DNA from: an uncultured Alphaproteobacteria bacterium
Lineage (GTDB): Bacteria; Pseudomonadota; Alphaproteobacteria; RF32; CAG-239
Assembly (NCBI GenBank): GCA_944393235.1
Contig: CALXZJ010000001.1
Coordinates: 14,096 to 78,095 of the forward strand
Direction: 5' to 3'
Length of the DNA: 64,000 nucleotides
Part shown: positions 37,260 to 47,591 of the stretch, piece by piece
Position numbering within the stretch: the stretch's first letter is position 1
Layout of the letters: each line of letters begins with the position of its first letter
Made by a program: the position numbers and the translations under genes
The notes under the pieces: generated by a model
Told to the model about the DNA's origin: nothing
The model's input: only the letters and a program-made list of their open reading frames with translations
The model's database searches: none

Positions 37260-39401
37260 TCAGTTCTTTCTTTTAAACATATTCAAAACATCTTTTGCTG
37301 TATTTGTCAAAGCGTCAACACTGTCTGAGATAGCCTCACTTGTTCCCTGATAAACACCTTGTCCGGCCGCCTTGGCACCTTTTGGCGCCGGGAACATATC
37401 TTGATAAGCAGTCCCTTTCAAGGCTGTATAACACGGGGATTCATCGACATCCAGCATCATTTGTGAACCCAAAAACGCAGGACCTGCAGCAGCCACACCA
37501 ACCACGTTTTTAATCACAGCCGAATCATCAATAGCAATTTTAGGCTCTTCAACCGTCCCTGCCACCTTAATCATGGAAGAAATCGCCTGAACCACATTTG
37601 TATCAGCCAGCTTACCGTTAAATGGATTGATTGTGAAATCAATTTTATCATTTTTCAAATTAACCGCGCCGTCGCTAACAATTGCCAATTGTTTAGAATT
37701 AAAGACAATGCCTTTGGGAAAAGAAGCTTTTCCGCTGCCAATATCCGTGCGAACAACGGCACAACTCAATTCCAAATTCTTTTTTTGTTTATCAATTTTC
37801 AAAGTCTTAAGCAATTGCGTTACAAAATTACCGGTCAAATATTTTAGCGCCCCAGTCTGAATTTTAGATTCATCGACAATAGCCACCACTTGTCCGTCTA
37901 AACTTTCGACCATTTGACGCAAAGTTTTTCCTTGCCCGCTCAACTGAACTGAAAGTGTAGTGTTTCCCCCTGAAATAATACCAAACGTACCGGCATCCGT
38001 TGCCGCCAAACCTTTCCACAAATTTTGCAACACAACATCTTTACCGGTTAAAGTCAAATCAAACGCATTGTTTGTTGCCGCAACTGAGAACATTCCGTTA
38101 ACATCGCCACCCCCGGCATTAAGCGACAAAGGGGACACATTCAGCTTGCCATTTTGCAAAACAGCCTTCACTTGAACATTTTCCAAAACCAAATCCGGAT
38201 TAACAATCAACGACTTTACATCTGCCGATGCTTGCGCATTAACACTATTTAAGACCGACAAATCAAGCGGTGTATTCGGCACATATTCTGCCGCCGCAGC
38301 AACAGGAATTAAAGCAAAAGATGCTGTCTTCACCGGCGTTGCCGTCAATGTCTGCAAATTAAGGCTCGTGCTGTGCAAAGCCGCCTTTATATTGGGTTTA
38401 TTACCGTTTAAATCCACATCAGCTGTACCGTTAATAACATTTCCGGCCACGTTTAACGAATTGATTTTAAGAGCAATGTTTTTAGGTGTTCCGGAAAATT
38501 CTGCTTCCAAAGAAACAGCCGGAGCGCCAAAATTTCCGGATGGATTTTTCAGCACTGCCGAACCGTTAAAGCCCAAATCAGTCATCATATTTGTTAAAAC
38601 GACATCTGCTTGAGCCTTTGCACCAAAAGCCGCCACTTCTGCTTTTACGGGATACTTTTCCGCACCTTGCAAAATCGCATTAATTGAGCCCGCCGTTGCC
38701 GTGCCGGAAATTTCCTCGCCGTTAAACACCAAATCAAAAGCAATATCCAAATCCGCATTCATACTTTCTGTGCGCAAAGTCAATGAATTAACCTGTAAAT
38801 TGGTAACAGAACCCGTCGTCATGTCTTGATAAATCAGCTTAGCATTTTCAATATTAACTTGCTTAGCCAAAAAGCCCGCCAGCAAAGGCGCGGCATTCGT
38901 TGTTGAATTTGCAGAAGTTTCCTGTTCAACCGCAATTTCTACCATGGTGTCAACATCGCCTTCAACCGTACTAATCTGATTATTTTCAGCTTTAACCTGC
39001 GGCTTGGAAAATTCCCAGTTTGCCTTACCATCGGCATTGACGGCTAAATAAACTTCAGGCTCAATCAGATTAACCGTATCAATCACCACTTCTTTATGCA
39101 ACAAGGGCATGATGGAAACCGCCACTTCCACACTTTTAGCTTTTATCATTTCCGGCTCTTCCGCCCAAGAAGCATTGCTAAAACTTACATCATTTAAAAC
39201 AACTGTTGGTATTAATGATATTTTTAAGCCGGCATCGCCTGTCAATGATAATTTCCGACCGGTCTGCTCATACGTAATTTTTTCCACGTATGACTTGTAC
39301 TTGTTCAAATCAAACGTCTTAATAAAAACAAATCCGCCGACAATCACAATCAATAACAAAACCATGATTGTCCAAAAAATAAATTTCAGAAATTTTTTCA
39401 T
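37260..39401 (-). CDS. asmA: AsmA family protein
   Basis: N-terminal TM anchor then a long periplasmic beta-rich region, typical of AsmA. Confidence 0.75.
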   Translation of the reverse strand: MKKFLKFIFWTIMVLLLIVIVGGFVFIKTFDLNKYKSYVEKITYEQTGRKLSLTGDAGLKISLIPTVVLNDVSFSNASWAEEPEMIKAKSVEVAVSIMPLLHKEVVIDTVNLIEPEVYLAVNADGKANWEFSKPQVKAENNQISTVEGDVDTMVEIAVEQETSANSTTNAAPLLAGFLAKQVNIENAKLIYQDMTTGSVTNLQVNSLTLRTESMNADLDIAFDLVFNGEEISGTATAGSINAILQGAEKYPVKAEVAAFGAKAQADVVLTNMMTDLGFNGSAVLKNPSGNFGAPAVSLEAEFSGTPKNIALKINSLNVAGNVINGTADVDLNGNKPNIKAALHSTSLNLQTLTATPVKTASFALIPVAAAAEYVPNTPLDLSVLNSVNAQASADVKSLIVNPDLVLENVQVKAVLQNGKLNVSPLSLNAGGGDVNGMFSVAATNNAFDLTLTGKDVVLQNLWKGLAATDAGTFGIISGGNTTLSVQLSGQGKTLRQMVESLDGQVVAIVDESKIQTGALKYLTGNFVTQLLKTLKIDKQKKNLELSCAVVRTDIGSGKASFPKGIVFNSKQLAIVSDGAVNLKNDKIDFTINPFNGKLADTNVVQAISSMIKVAGTVEEPKIAIDDSAVIKNVVGVAAAGPAFLGSQMMLDVDESPCYTALKGTAYQDMFPAPKGAKAAGQGVYQGTSEAISDSVDALTNTAKDVLNMFKRKN

Positions 39402-40339
39402 TGACTTCTATGCTCCCTAAAATTCAAACCCAAAAACCTGATGTCTTCTTTAAAATAATCCGGCAAAGGCGCTTTGACAACAAACTTTTTGCGATATACC
39501 GAAGATAAATCAATTTGGTAAGCATGCAAATGCAATTTTTGGCTTAAATTTTGCAAACGGTATCGTTTAAGACCAAAATATTTATCATCGCCCAAAATGG
39601 GGCAGCCGATATACTCCAAATGTACTCTGATTTGATGCGTTCTGCCGGTCAAGGGCTCTGCGGCAATCAAACAAAACTTTTCACCAACGGTATCTAAAAC
39701 TTCAAATGTCGTAACCGCTTTTTTACCACCGTCCGTCACTTGCATTTTTTCGCCGATTTTTTCCAACGGCGCTTTTATTTCGCCGTTTTTTTGCAAGGGT
39801 ATGCCGACGCACAACGCCAAATAAGTTTTTTGCAAATCATGTTCCCGAAAAGCCTTGGTCAAAATTTCGGCATATTTTCTGTTGCGTGCCAAAACTAAAA
39901 TTCCGCTGGTATCTTTATCAATCCGGTGCACCAACTTGGGTCGTTCATTCAACTCATAGGCCAACGCATCCAACATGCCGTCAAGATGTCTTGTCGTCTT
40001 GGTTCCGCCCTGCACGGCAAGCCCCGAAGGCTTGTTTAAAACAATAATGTTTTCATCTTTAAACAAAACCAATGAACGAACAAAATCCACATCTGTTTTT
40101 GATACAACTTTCTCATTTTTTACAGCTTTTTCATTATCTAACGGCGGTAAACGGATTTCTTGCCCGGCACACAAACGCAAACTTGTCTCGGCTTTTTTGC
40201 CGTCAACCTTAATTTGCTTGGTACGCAGCAACTTCTGCAACCTGCTTAAAGATAAAGACGGGTATTCACGTAAAAACCACCGATTTAAACGTATACCATC
40301 ATCTTCTGGTTTAATTTTGATAAACGTAACTCCGGACAT
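39398..40339 (-). CDS. RluA family pseudouridine synthase (RluC/RluD-like)
   Basis: S4 domain plus catalytic HRLDKDTSG motif. Confidence 0.85.
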   Translation of the reverse strand: MSGVTFIKIKPEDDGIRLNRWFLREYPSLSLSRLQKLLRTKQIKVDGKKAETSLRLCAGQEIRLPPLDNEKAVKNEKVVSKTDVDFVRSLVLFKDENIIVLNKPSGLAVQGGTKTTRHLDGMLDALAYELNERPKLVHRIDKDTSGILVLARNRKYAEILTKAFREHDLQKTYLALCVGIPLQKNGEIKAPLEKIGEKMQVTDGGKKAVTTFEVLDTVGEKFCLIAAEPLTGRTHQIRVHLEYIGCPILGDDKYFGLKRYRLQNLSQKLHLHAYQIDLSSVYRKKFVVKAPLPDYFKEDIRFLGLNFREHRSQ

Positions 40340-40351
40340 TTCTTCCCTGTC

Positions 40352-40648
40352 TTAGCGTAAATATATATTATTTTGTTCCTTGTTCGTCTGATGATTTGCC
40401 AAAGACGATAAACGATAATTCAATCGATGCAACATAACATTGCCTTTAGCCGCATTTATACCTTTTGGCAAAACCGTATTAAGCCGTTTAACATCTTCTG
40501 ATGACAACCCTTTCGACAACGGCAGCAAGCCATTTTCATTGCAAACGACGATTCCCACGCCATACCTGCTGGCATTTTTCCTAAGCTCATCTGAGATTTT
40601 ATCGGCTATATCTGGTTGAACCAACAGAACATGATCATATTCAGTCAT
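40352..40648 (-). CDS. hypothetical protein
   Basis: AGAGG RBS. 98 aa, no confident family assignment. Confidence 0.45.
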   Translation of the reverse strand: MTEYDHVLLVQPDIADKISDELRKNASRYGVGIVVCNENGLLPLSKGLSSEDVKRLNTVLPKGINAAKGNVMLHRLNYRLSSLANHQTNKEQNNIYLR

Positions 40649-40766
40649 TTTTTACCTCTACTTTTCTTTGCTTGTTTTTTTCTTTCCGCAGATTATCAAA
40701 ATAATCTACCCTCTTTTTTATTTCCCGCTCAAAGCCTCGTTCAACCGGATAATAAAGCTTAACCCG

Positions 40767-41972
40767 TTAAATTCCGTCCGGGAAATAATTCTGTCCGGAA
40801 AAACCGTCGTCCAAATCCTGATCATAAATATAACCGTCATGATAACCCAATTGTTTCATCAATTTAGTCGGCGCATTCAAAATATGTTTGGGCGGCATCA
40901 GCGAACCGGTTTTTTTAGCCAAGGCAAAAGCTTTGTCCATAGCCTTGTACACCGCTGCTGATTTCGGTGCCGTTGCCAAATAAGCCGTCAACTGCATAAT
41001 AGCAAGTTCGCCTTCCGGCGAGCCGAGCCGTTCATATACTTCAGCACAAGCCAAAGCCTGTGTCACCGCATTTGGGTCTGCCAAAGACACATCTTCTACC
41101 GCAAAACGTATCAAACGTCGCAAGATATAACGCGGATCTTCTCCGGAAGCGAGCATGCGCGCCACCCAATACAAGGCGGCGTCCACATCTGTTCCGCGCA
41201 AAGATTTATGCACAGCCGAAATCAGATTATAATGCCCGTCGCGGCCTTTGTCATATACCGGCGCCCGTGAACGGATAACGTTGATAATATTGTCTTTATT
41301 AAAAATTTCACCGTCTTTGGCATACGCCCACACGCTTTCGGCTAAATTAAGAATATAACGCCCGTCGCCGTCTGCCGTATCTTTCATCAACTGACGAGCT
41401 GCCTCATCAACCGGAAGTTTCTTGCCCATTTCTTTTTCTGCCCGCTGCAGCAGCACTTCAAAATCATCTGCCGTCAAACGGTTAAGCACAAACACCTGAC
41501 AACGCGAAAGAAGCGCGGCATTAAGCTCAAATGACGGATTTTCCGTTGTTGCGCCCACCAAAACAACCGTGCCGTCTTCCACATAAGGCAAAAAGCCGTC
41601 TTGTTGCGATTTATTAAAACGATGAATTTCATCAACGAACAACAATGTTCCCTTACCCTGATTGGCACGACGTTCCTGCGCATACTGAAACACGCGTTTC
41701 AAATCTGCCACGCCTGAAAAAACAGCTGAAATTTGTTCAAAATAAAGATTTGTATGTTCAGCAATCAGACGAGCAATTGTGGTTTTGCCGCACCCTGGCG
41801 GTCCCCATAAAATAAAAGAAGATATTTTTCCGGTTGCCAACATCCGCCCGATAGGAGAATCCTTGCCGACCAAATGATTCTGTCCAACCACCTCGTCCAA
41901 CGTGCGGGGACGCAGTCGATCTGCCAGAGGTCTTTTCACCTGATTTGAAAACAGCGTATCTTCCATAATCAT
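40767..41972 (-). CDS. rarA: replication-associated recombination protein A (AAA+ ATPase)
   Basis: GPPGCGKTT Walker A, DEIHRFNK Walker B, and the RarA C-terminal domain. Confidence 0.9.
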   Translation of the reverse strand: MIMEDTLFSNQVKRPLADRLRPRTLDEVVGQNHLVGKDSPIGRMLATGKISSFILWGPPGCGKTTIARLIAEHTNLYFEQISAVFSGVADLKRVFQYAQERRANQGKGTLLFVDEIHRFNKSQQDGFLPYVEDGTVVLVGATTENPSFELNAALLSRCQVFVLNRLTADDFEVLLQRAEKEMGKKLPVDEAARQLMKDTADGDGRYILNLAESVWAYAKDGEIFNKDNIINVIRSRAPVYDKGRDGHYNLISAVHKSLRGTDVDAALYWVARMLASGEDPRYILRRLIRFAVEDVSLADPNAVTQALACAEVYERLGSPEGELAIMQLTAYLATAPKSAAVYKAMDKAFALAKKTGSLMPPKHILNAPTKLMKQLGYHDGYIYDQDLDDGFSGQNYFPDGI

Positions 41973-42112
41973 TTACCGGTTTAATTTTCAAGATATTAAG
42001 TCAAAATATTCCGACAATCGCAATCATATTGCGATTCGCCGGAATAAAGCAAAAAGATAATACCACAAATTTTATGTTCAACAACCTTTATTTTTAAAAT
42101 TTTTTCTTAAAA

Positions 42113-43366
42113 TCAACCACGCTCGCGCTGCCCTCGGCTACGCATCATACTTATCTGATCAAAAACAGCCTGCTCAAAAACTTTGTTTTTTCCGGAATCA
42201 TCTTTCGACTGCCGCAATTTATTTTCTTGCTCGATTTTTTTAGCCTGCTCATATGCTGCATAATCCGTAATATCAATATGTTGCGGCGTTGGATTTTCCT
42301 TATCTTCAGAACGACTGGCCATAACTTCGCGTTTATGTTTTTCAATAATTTTTCGCATTTCGCTATTATGTTCTTTGGCAATAGAATCCTGCTTTTCATC
42401 ACGAGCCTGATGGAACTGCTCCATAATTTCTTCATCTTTCGGATCCGGTCGTCCCACCACGGCATTATAAAGTTGTTTGCCGGATTTCAACAACTGTGCC
42501 ACCGTAATTCCCGGATGCTTAGTTAAATCCCAAACACCGGCGGTACCGCGCCCATCAAAAAATTCTGTAAAATCGACACCCCTGAATTTCTTCTTTTTTC
42601 TTTTAGGCGCCAAAATCTGGCGCAGTTCTTTCGGTGTCGGCATCCGCCCCAACGCTTGCGCTATTTGTTCAGGGCTAATAATACATTCGCTTAAATCCAA
42701 TTCATAAACATTAACACCGGTAAAATCGACACCCGTAAAATCAACCCCTCTTAAGTCAACCATACTCAAATCGATTCGAGAGAAATCAAGCAATGTCAGA
42801 TTCATCCGTCTAAGATTTAATTTATGCGGATAATAAACAGCTAAAAACTCCACCAATGCCTGCAATTCTTCAATTGCCAGCGCATCCATTTCCACATCAA
42901 GCAAAATGGCATCTTGAATATCGGCATCAACCAAAACCACGCCATTCATCTTGGCGCCGGTAAAATTAGTTCCGCGCAGCCGAGCACCCGTAAAAACCGC
43001 CCCGTTCAGGTTTGCGCCGCTTAAATTAGCGCCTGACAAATCGGCATCCGAAAAATCTGCTCCATCTAATTTAGCATGAGAAAAATCCGTTTCTCTTAAA
43101 TCAGCACCGGAAAAAACCGCTTTTTGCAAATTTTCACCAGCATATTTCCCGCCGCACAACACTTTTCCGCTAAAATTAAAATCATTGTTTTGCAAAGAAG
43201 CTGAAATTTCTGATATGGATTTTGGTTCTGTAACAGCTTTTGAAATTGCCTGCCAGGAAAAATTATTTTGATACATCCTTTCGACATCGACATCATCATT
43301 CCGCACCGCTTTAACCTTATTGCGGATAGCCGGAATATGAAATGTTTTTTTGTCGTTTGCTGACAT
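42113..43366 (-). CDS. pentapeptide repeat-containing protein
   Basis: Two blocks of A(D/N)LSG-type pentapeptide repeats (ADLSGANLSGANLNGAVFTGARLRGTNFTG...). K-rich patch KRKKKK. C-terminal charged region. Confidence 0.8.
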   Translation of the reverse strand: MSANDKKTFHIPAIRNKVKAVRNDDVDVERMYQNNFSWQAISKAVTEPKSISEISASLQNNDFNFSGKVLCGGKYAGENLQKAVFSGADLRETDFSHAKLDGADFSDADLSGANLSGANLNGAVFTGARLRGTNFTGAKMNGVVLVDADIQDAILLDVEMDALAIEELQALVEFLAVYYPHKLNLRRMNLTLLDFSRIDLSMVDLRGVDFTGVDFTGVNVYELDLSECIISPEQIAQALGRMPTPKELRQILAPKRKKKKFRGVDFTEFFDGRGTAGVWDLTKHPGITVAQLLKSGKQLYNAVVGRPDPKDEEIMEQFHQARDEKQDSIAKEHNSEMRKIIEKHKREVMASRSEDKENPTPQHIDITDYAAYEQAKKIEQENKLRQSKDDSGKNKVFEQAVFDQISMMRSRGQRERG

Positions 43367-43434
43367 TTTAAAAACCCCGCATTCAAAACTTTTTTCTAGT
43401 TTAACTCATTTTTCCTTGTTTGACAAACAAATAA

Positions 43435-44721
43435 TTACTTTTGCCGTTGCCACAACCATTTCACGGCATAAATACCCGGCAAACTAAACATCGCGGCAAT
43501 AACAAAAAACACCGACCATGAAACCGCTTCCGCCAGCAACCCGCTTGTCGCCGCAAAAACATCGCGCGCCAAGCTCATCAATGACGAAAGCAAAGCATAT
43601 TGCGTTGCTGTATAAAGCACATTACACAAAGATGATAGATATGCCACAAAAGCCGCCGTCGCCATGCCGGAAGAAAAATTCTCGAGCGTAATAATACCGG
43701 TCAACATCCACAAATTATGTCCGGCCATGGCTTGAAATGCAAACAACAATGTTGTTAAACCTTGTATAATACCACAAATATAAAGCCCTTTAAACAAACC
43801 GGTTTTTTTAAGCATAATCCCGCCAAACAAACCGCCGGCAATTGCCGCCGCCATACCGTAAATTTTGATAACATAAGCAATTTCGGTTTTGCTAAAACCC
43901 ATATCATCATAAAAAACAAAAGCCATCGGCGCAAAATATGCATCACCCATCCGATAAATAAAAATCAAAAAAACAATCATCAGCCAATGCGGTTTATTAA
44001 TAAAATCAGCAATTGGATTTTTCACGGCTTTTACAAAAAAATCTTTTGCATTAAGCGTTGCCGTTTTTTTCTTTTTTGTTTGATATTTAAATTTTGTTTT
44101 AGGCTCTTTAACAAGCAAAATTGTAACCAACCCAACCAAAGAGCCTGTTGACATCAACAAATAAACCAAATTCCAGCTCAAAAAATCTGCCAGCCACAAA
44201 GCACCCGCGCCGGAAAAAATCAATCCCAAACGATACCCCAAAACAAACACGGCAGCTCCGGCAGCCTGCTCATCTTCATGACGTTGAAAACTTTCCACGC
44301 GGTACGCATCCAAAACAATATCCAGCGAGGCGGAAGCAAAACTTACCAAAGAAGCCCACAACCATATCATAAACGGCTTTTCGGCAGGGCTACTCCCTGC
44401 CATAGCCGCAACAAACACCAACAGTAAAACCTGCATTAAAAATGCCCAACTGCGCCGCCGTCCCAACCGCCACAACAACGGAAGTTTCAAATTATCCAAC
44501 AATGGCGCCCACAACCATTTAAATGCATATGGAATTTTCACCAACGAAAAAGCGCCAATGGCGGCATAAGTCCATCCGGCATCTTTGAGCCACCAGCTTA
44601 ACGTGCTAAACACTAACAAAAACGGAAAACCGCTGGCAAAACCAAGGGCAACCATCGCCGCCATGGTTCGATTTCCATAAACTTGCCAAACATTCTTCAA
44701 TTTATCTATCATAAAAATCAT
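43435..44721 (-). CDS. ampG: AmpG family muropeptide MFS permease
   Basis: LGFASGFPFLL and KFLWAPLLD motifs parallel E. coli AmpG. Confidence 0.85.
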   Translation of the reverse strand: MIFMIDKLKNVWQVYGNRTMAAMVALGFASGFPFLLVFSTLSWWLKDAGWTYAAIGAFSLVKIPYAFKWLWAPLLDNLKLPLLWRLGRRRSWAFLMQVLLLVFVAAMAGSSPAEKPFMIWLWASLVSFASASLDIVLDAYRVESFQRHEDEQAAGAAVFVLGYRLGLIFSGAGALWLADFLSWNLVYLLMSTGSLVGLVTILLVKEPKTKFKYQTKKKKTATLNAKDFFVKAVKNPIADFINKPHWLMIVFLIFIYRMGDAYFAPMAFVFYDDMGFSKTEIAYVIKIYGMAAAIAGGLFGGIMLKKTGLFKGLYICGIIQGLTTLLFAFQAMAGHNLWMLTGIITLENFSSGMATAAFVAYLSSLCNVLYTATQYALLSSLMSLARDVFAATSGLLAEAVSWSVFFVIAAMFSLPGIYAVKWLWQRQK

Positions 44722-44768
44722 TACACATCAAACGGCTTAAATTTAAGTTAAAGCTGCAAATATATTAC

Positions 44769-44790
44769 AAAAAAAGCGCCCGAAGGCGCT
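44769..44790 (-). terminator. rho-independent terminator after lipoprotein gene
   Basis: AGCGCC-CGAA-GGCGCT hairpin with a T-run on the minus strand. Confidence 0.55.
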
Positions 44791-44817
44791 CCGCAAATTT
44801 TGTTGCATCGGCAAGAT

Positions 44818-45435
44818 TTAATATTCCCTGATAACCTGATTATCTTTCACATACATATTTAAGTATTGATGAATATTTTCTTCCATCCGCAAATTAAATT
44901 CTTCAAACAATTTATAGACCATCTCATTCCAATATTTCTCTTTATCTTCAATACTGGTATCAATCGGCATTATCAGCTCACGCCAAGCCTCAATGGATGT
45001 CTGAGCCTGCGACTGACCATTCGCCGAACTGATTTTCAACACAACCGCCAATGTTGCCCGATATTTCAAACTGTCTTTATAAAACAATTGCGATGCTTTT
45101 TCTTCAACCTCTGTCACACTGGCGTCTTTAATAATAAATTCTGCCACGCGGTTTGAAGCAAAATCGACTGCTTCCAAGCGGTCGCGCGCCCATATACGGG
45201 CTGCTCTTTCAATAGAAACCGGAAAAAGATGTTCAACATTCGGACGCGTAAACGACGGGGTAAATTCAGATATAACATCAATTTTATTCACTTCCAACTC
45301 AATTTTTGGCTGATCATCAAAACGCGGTTCGACATAACGCCGTGTTTCAGCCACATCCTGATTGCTGGCGCAAGCACTCAAAAAAGCCACGGCAGCGGCT
45401 GCAAAAAACTTATTCAAACTTCTCATCATTTTCAT
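44818..45435 (-). CDS. hypothetical lipoprotein
   Basis: Lipobox FLSACAS. Confidence 0.5.
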   Translation of the reverse strand: MKMMRSLNKFFAAAAVAFLSACASNQDVAETRRYVEPRFDDQPKIELEVNKIDVISEFTPSFTRPNVEHLFPVSIERAARIWARDRLEAVDFASNRVAEFIIKDASVTEVEEKASQLFYKDSLKYRATLAVVLKISSANGQSQAQTSIEAWRELIMPIDTSIEDKEKYWNEMVYKLFEEFNLRMEENIHQYLNMYVKDNQVIREY

Positions 45436-45514
45436 CCGTTGTTAAACCCAAAACACGTCCCCTTCGGCGACATCTTTTTTTTAATACATTTTTTCAGCCG
45501 ATGCAAGCACTTAA

Positions 45515-46438
45515 TTAATGTTTTAGCAATTCGTCTGTATCAAAAACATATTTTTCCGAACAAAAACTGCAAGTGGCGGTAATTTTTCCGTTATCAGACA
45601 TCTCTTCAATTTCATCCTTACCAAAACCGCTCAGAGTCGAAAACAACTTATCGCGGCTGCAGCGGCATCCGAATTCATACCTCTTTTCTTTGCCGATTTC
45701 CAACTTATGGGCATGAAACAAACGATACAAAATTTCTTCCGAACTTAAATCGGCATTAAAAATCTCATCGGCGGACAAACTGCCGATAAAGACCTCTGCT
45801 TCGTTCCATACTTCTTTCAAAACGTCTTCATCTTCTAAAAATTCTTTGCCGCCTTTGACCGGCACTTTTTGCAGCAAAATCCCTGCCGCCTGCCAGCTTT
45901 GGCTCTCGCCTTGCGGATGCTTGACGAACAACTTCAAAATCGTGTCGATTTGTTCCGATTGTTTAAAATAACGCAACGCCAACTCGGTCAAATTTTTTCC
46001 CTGCAAATCAACCACGCCTTGATAAAGCTCGGTTTCCGGTCCCTGATCAATGGTAAAAGCCATATAACCGCCGCCCACCAGATGCGGAACTTCCTCAATT
46101 TCATCTTCCGTTTTGCGTAAAGCTTTGGCTTGGTCAAGCTTATCTTCATCAAATTTGGCTGAAGCGCGCACTTTTCCTTCTGAGGTTACATCGGCAACCA
46201 ACAGCGAAACCGGTCCATTGCCTTGAATTTGCAGCGTAAACAATCCTTTATATTTCAAAGCATTTGCCAGCAGCACCGCCAATGCCGTCGTTTCGGACAA
46301 AGCCGCTGACACGTTTACGGGGTAATCATGGCGTTTCAAAATATCTTGCAAAACATCGTTTAAGCGCACCAAGCGACCGGCAAACGCACCGTTATGAATA
46401 TGAAAAGACACACAATTGTCAAAATTTTTGTTACTCAA
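45515..46438 (-). CDS. hslO: Hsp33 family redox-regulated chaperone
   Basis: C-terminal CxC...CxxC zinc centre (CRCSRD...CSFCSEKY). TTG start with AAAGGA RBS. Confidence 0.9.
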   Translation of the reverse strand: MSNKNFDNCVSFHIHNGAFAGRLVRLNDVLQDILKRHDYPVNVSAALSETTALAVLLANALKYKGLFTLQIQGNGPVSLLVADVTSEGKVRASAKFDEDKLDQAKALRKTEDEIEEVPHLVGGGYMAFTIDQGPETELYQGVVDLQGKNLTELALRYFKQSEQIDTILKLFVKHPQGESQSWQAAGILLQKVPVKGGKEFLEDEDVLKEVWNEAEVFIGSLSADEIFNADLSSEEILYRLFHAHKLEIGKEKRYEFGCRCSRDKLFSTLSGFGKDEIEEMSDNGKITATCSFCSEKYVFDTDELLKH

Positions 46439-46505
46439 TTTTTATAATTCCTTTATATTATCAAACATTCGTGTACAATTTAGGAAAAATAAAAGGAATT
46501 TTCAA

Positions 46506-47051
46506 GTGTTAGAAGAAGCTCAAAACAAACCCCGCCAAAAAGCGCCGCGCAAAATAACGCGACAGCGCCTAAAAAACATTGGCTTATATTATCTAAAACG
46601 TTTTGAATCTTCGGTTGAAAACCTGCGCCGTGTTTTGAAACGCCGAGTCGATGATTACGCCCGCCAAACGCCTGATTTTAACAAAGCCGAAGCTTATGGC
46701 TGGATTGAAGAACTCTTACAAGAGTTTGAAAGCTGGCATTATCTGGATGACGAGCGCTATGCCGAAATCAAAATCCGCGATTATTTAAGCGCCGGCAAAC
46801 CCGAACGCTACATCAAAACCAAGCTTTTCCAAAAAGGCATTGCCGAAGAAACCATCAACCGTCTTTTGAACAATCAGGAATACGACCCGCGCGAGATGGC
46901 TCTAAAACTTGCCCGCAAGAAAAAAATCGGTCCTTTCCGCCCCGATGATGAAAGCCGCAGGCAAAATCGTCAAAAAGACATGGCTGCGCTTGTCCGCGCC
47001 GGTTTTGACTATGACCTCGTCTGCGACATTTTAAATGAGGATTTTTCTTAA
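46506..47051 (+). CDS. recX: regulatory protein RecX
   Basis: RecX three-helix repeat family. GTG start preferred (AAGGAA RBS); the upstream TTG at 46416 would overlap hslO. Confidence 0.65.
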   Translation: MLEEAQNKPRQKAPRKITRQRLKNIGLYYLKRFESSVENLRRVLKRRVDDYARQTPDFNKAEAYGWIEELLQEFESWHYLDDERYAEIKIRDYLSAGKPERYIKTKLFQKGIAEETINRLLNNQEYDPREMALKLARKKKIGPFRPDDESRRQNRQKDMAALVRAGFDYDLVCDILNEDFS

Positions 47052-47105
47052 AAAAACAAAATTTTCCCGTCGATTCTGCCGATAAAGCTGCACCACCGCT
47101 GCAAC

Positions 47106-47588
47106 TCAACGCCGCGGCGCATTGCGAAAATGGGCATGGGTAATGGCAATTGCCAACGCATCCGACGAGTCGTTATTTTTCGGCTTACATCCGGGGAGCA
47201 AAACTTTAACCATTGTTTCTACCTGATCTTTAGCCGCCTTGCCGACGCCGACCGTCGCCTTTTTGACCTTGTTCGGCTCATACTCAAACAGCGGAATACT
47301 ATACGTCCCCGGCGCCAAAATCACCACCCCGCGCGCCATGCTTAATTTTAAAGTGGAATGCGGATTCGTATTGAGAAAAACAATTTCGATTGCCGCCTCA
47401 TCGGGCTTGTAAGTTTCAATCACATTGCAAATGCTGCGATAAAGAAAATCCAACCGCTGTTCAATCGGAAGTTTAGCATCTGTTGGGATAAAACCGTCGG
47501 CGATATAACGCAGACGGTTGTTTTCCACCTCAATAACCCCCCATCCGGTAGAGGAAAGGCTGGGGTCAAGTCCCAACACTTTAACCAA
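47106..47588 (-). CDS. ruvC: crossover junction endodeoxyribonuclease RuvC
   Basis: VLGLDPSLSSTGWGV N-terminus with catalytic Asp residues. Confidence 0.9.
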   Translation of the reverse strand: MVKVLGLDPSLSSTGWGVIEVENNRLRYIADGFIPTDAKLPIEQRLDFLYRSICNVIETYKPDEAAIEIVFLNTNPHSTLKLSMARGVVILAPGTYSIPLFEYEPNKVKKATVGVGKAAKDQVETMVKVLLPGCKPKNNDSSDALAIAITHAHFRNAPRR

Positions 47589-47591
47589 AAT

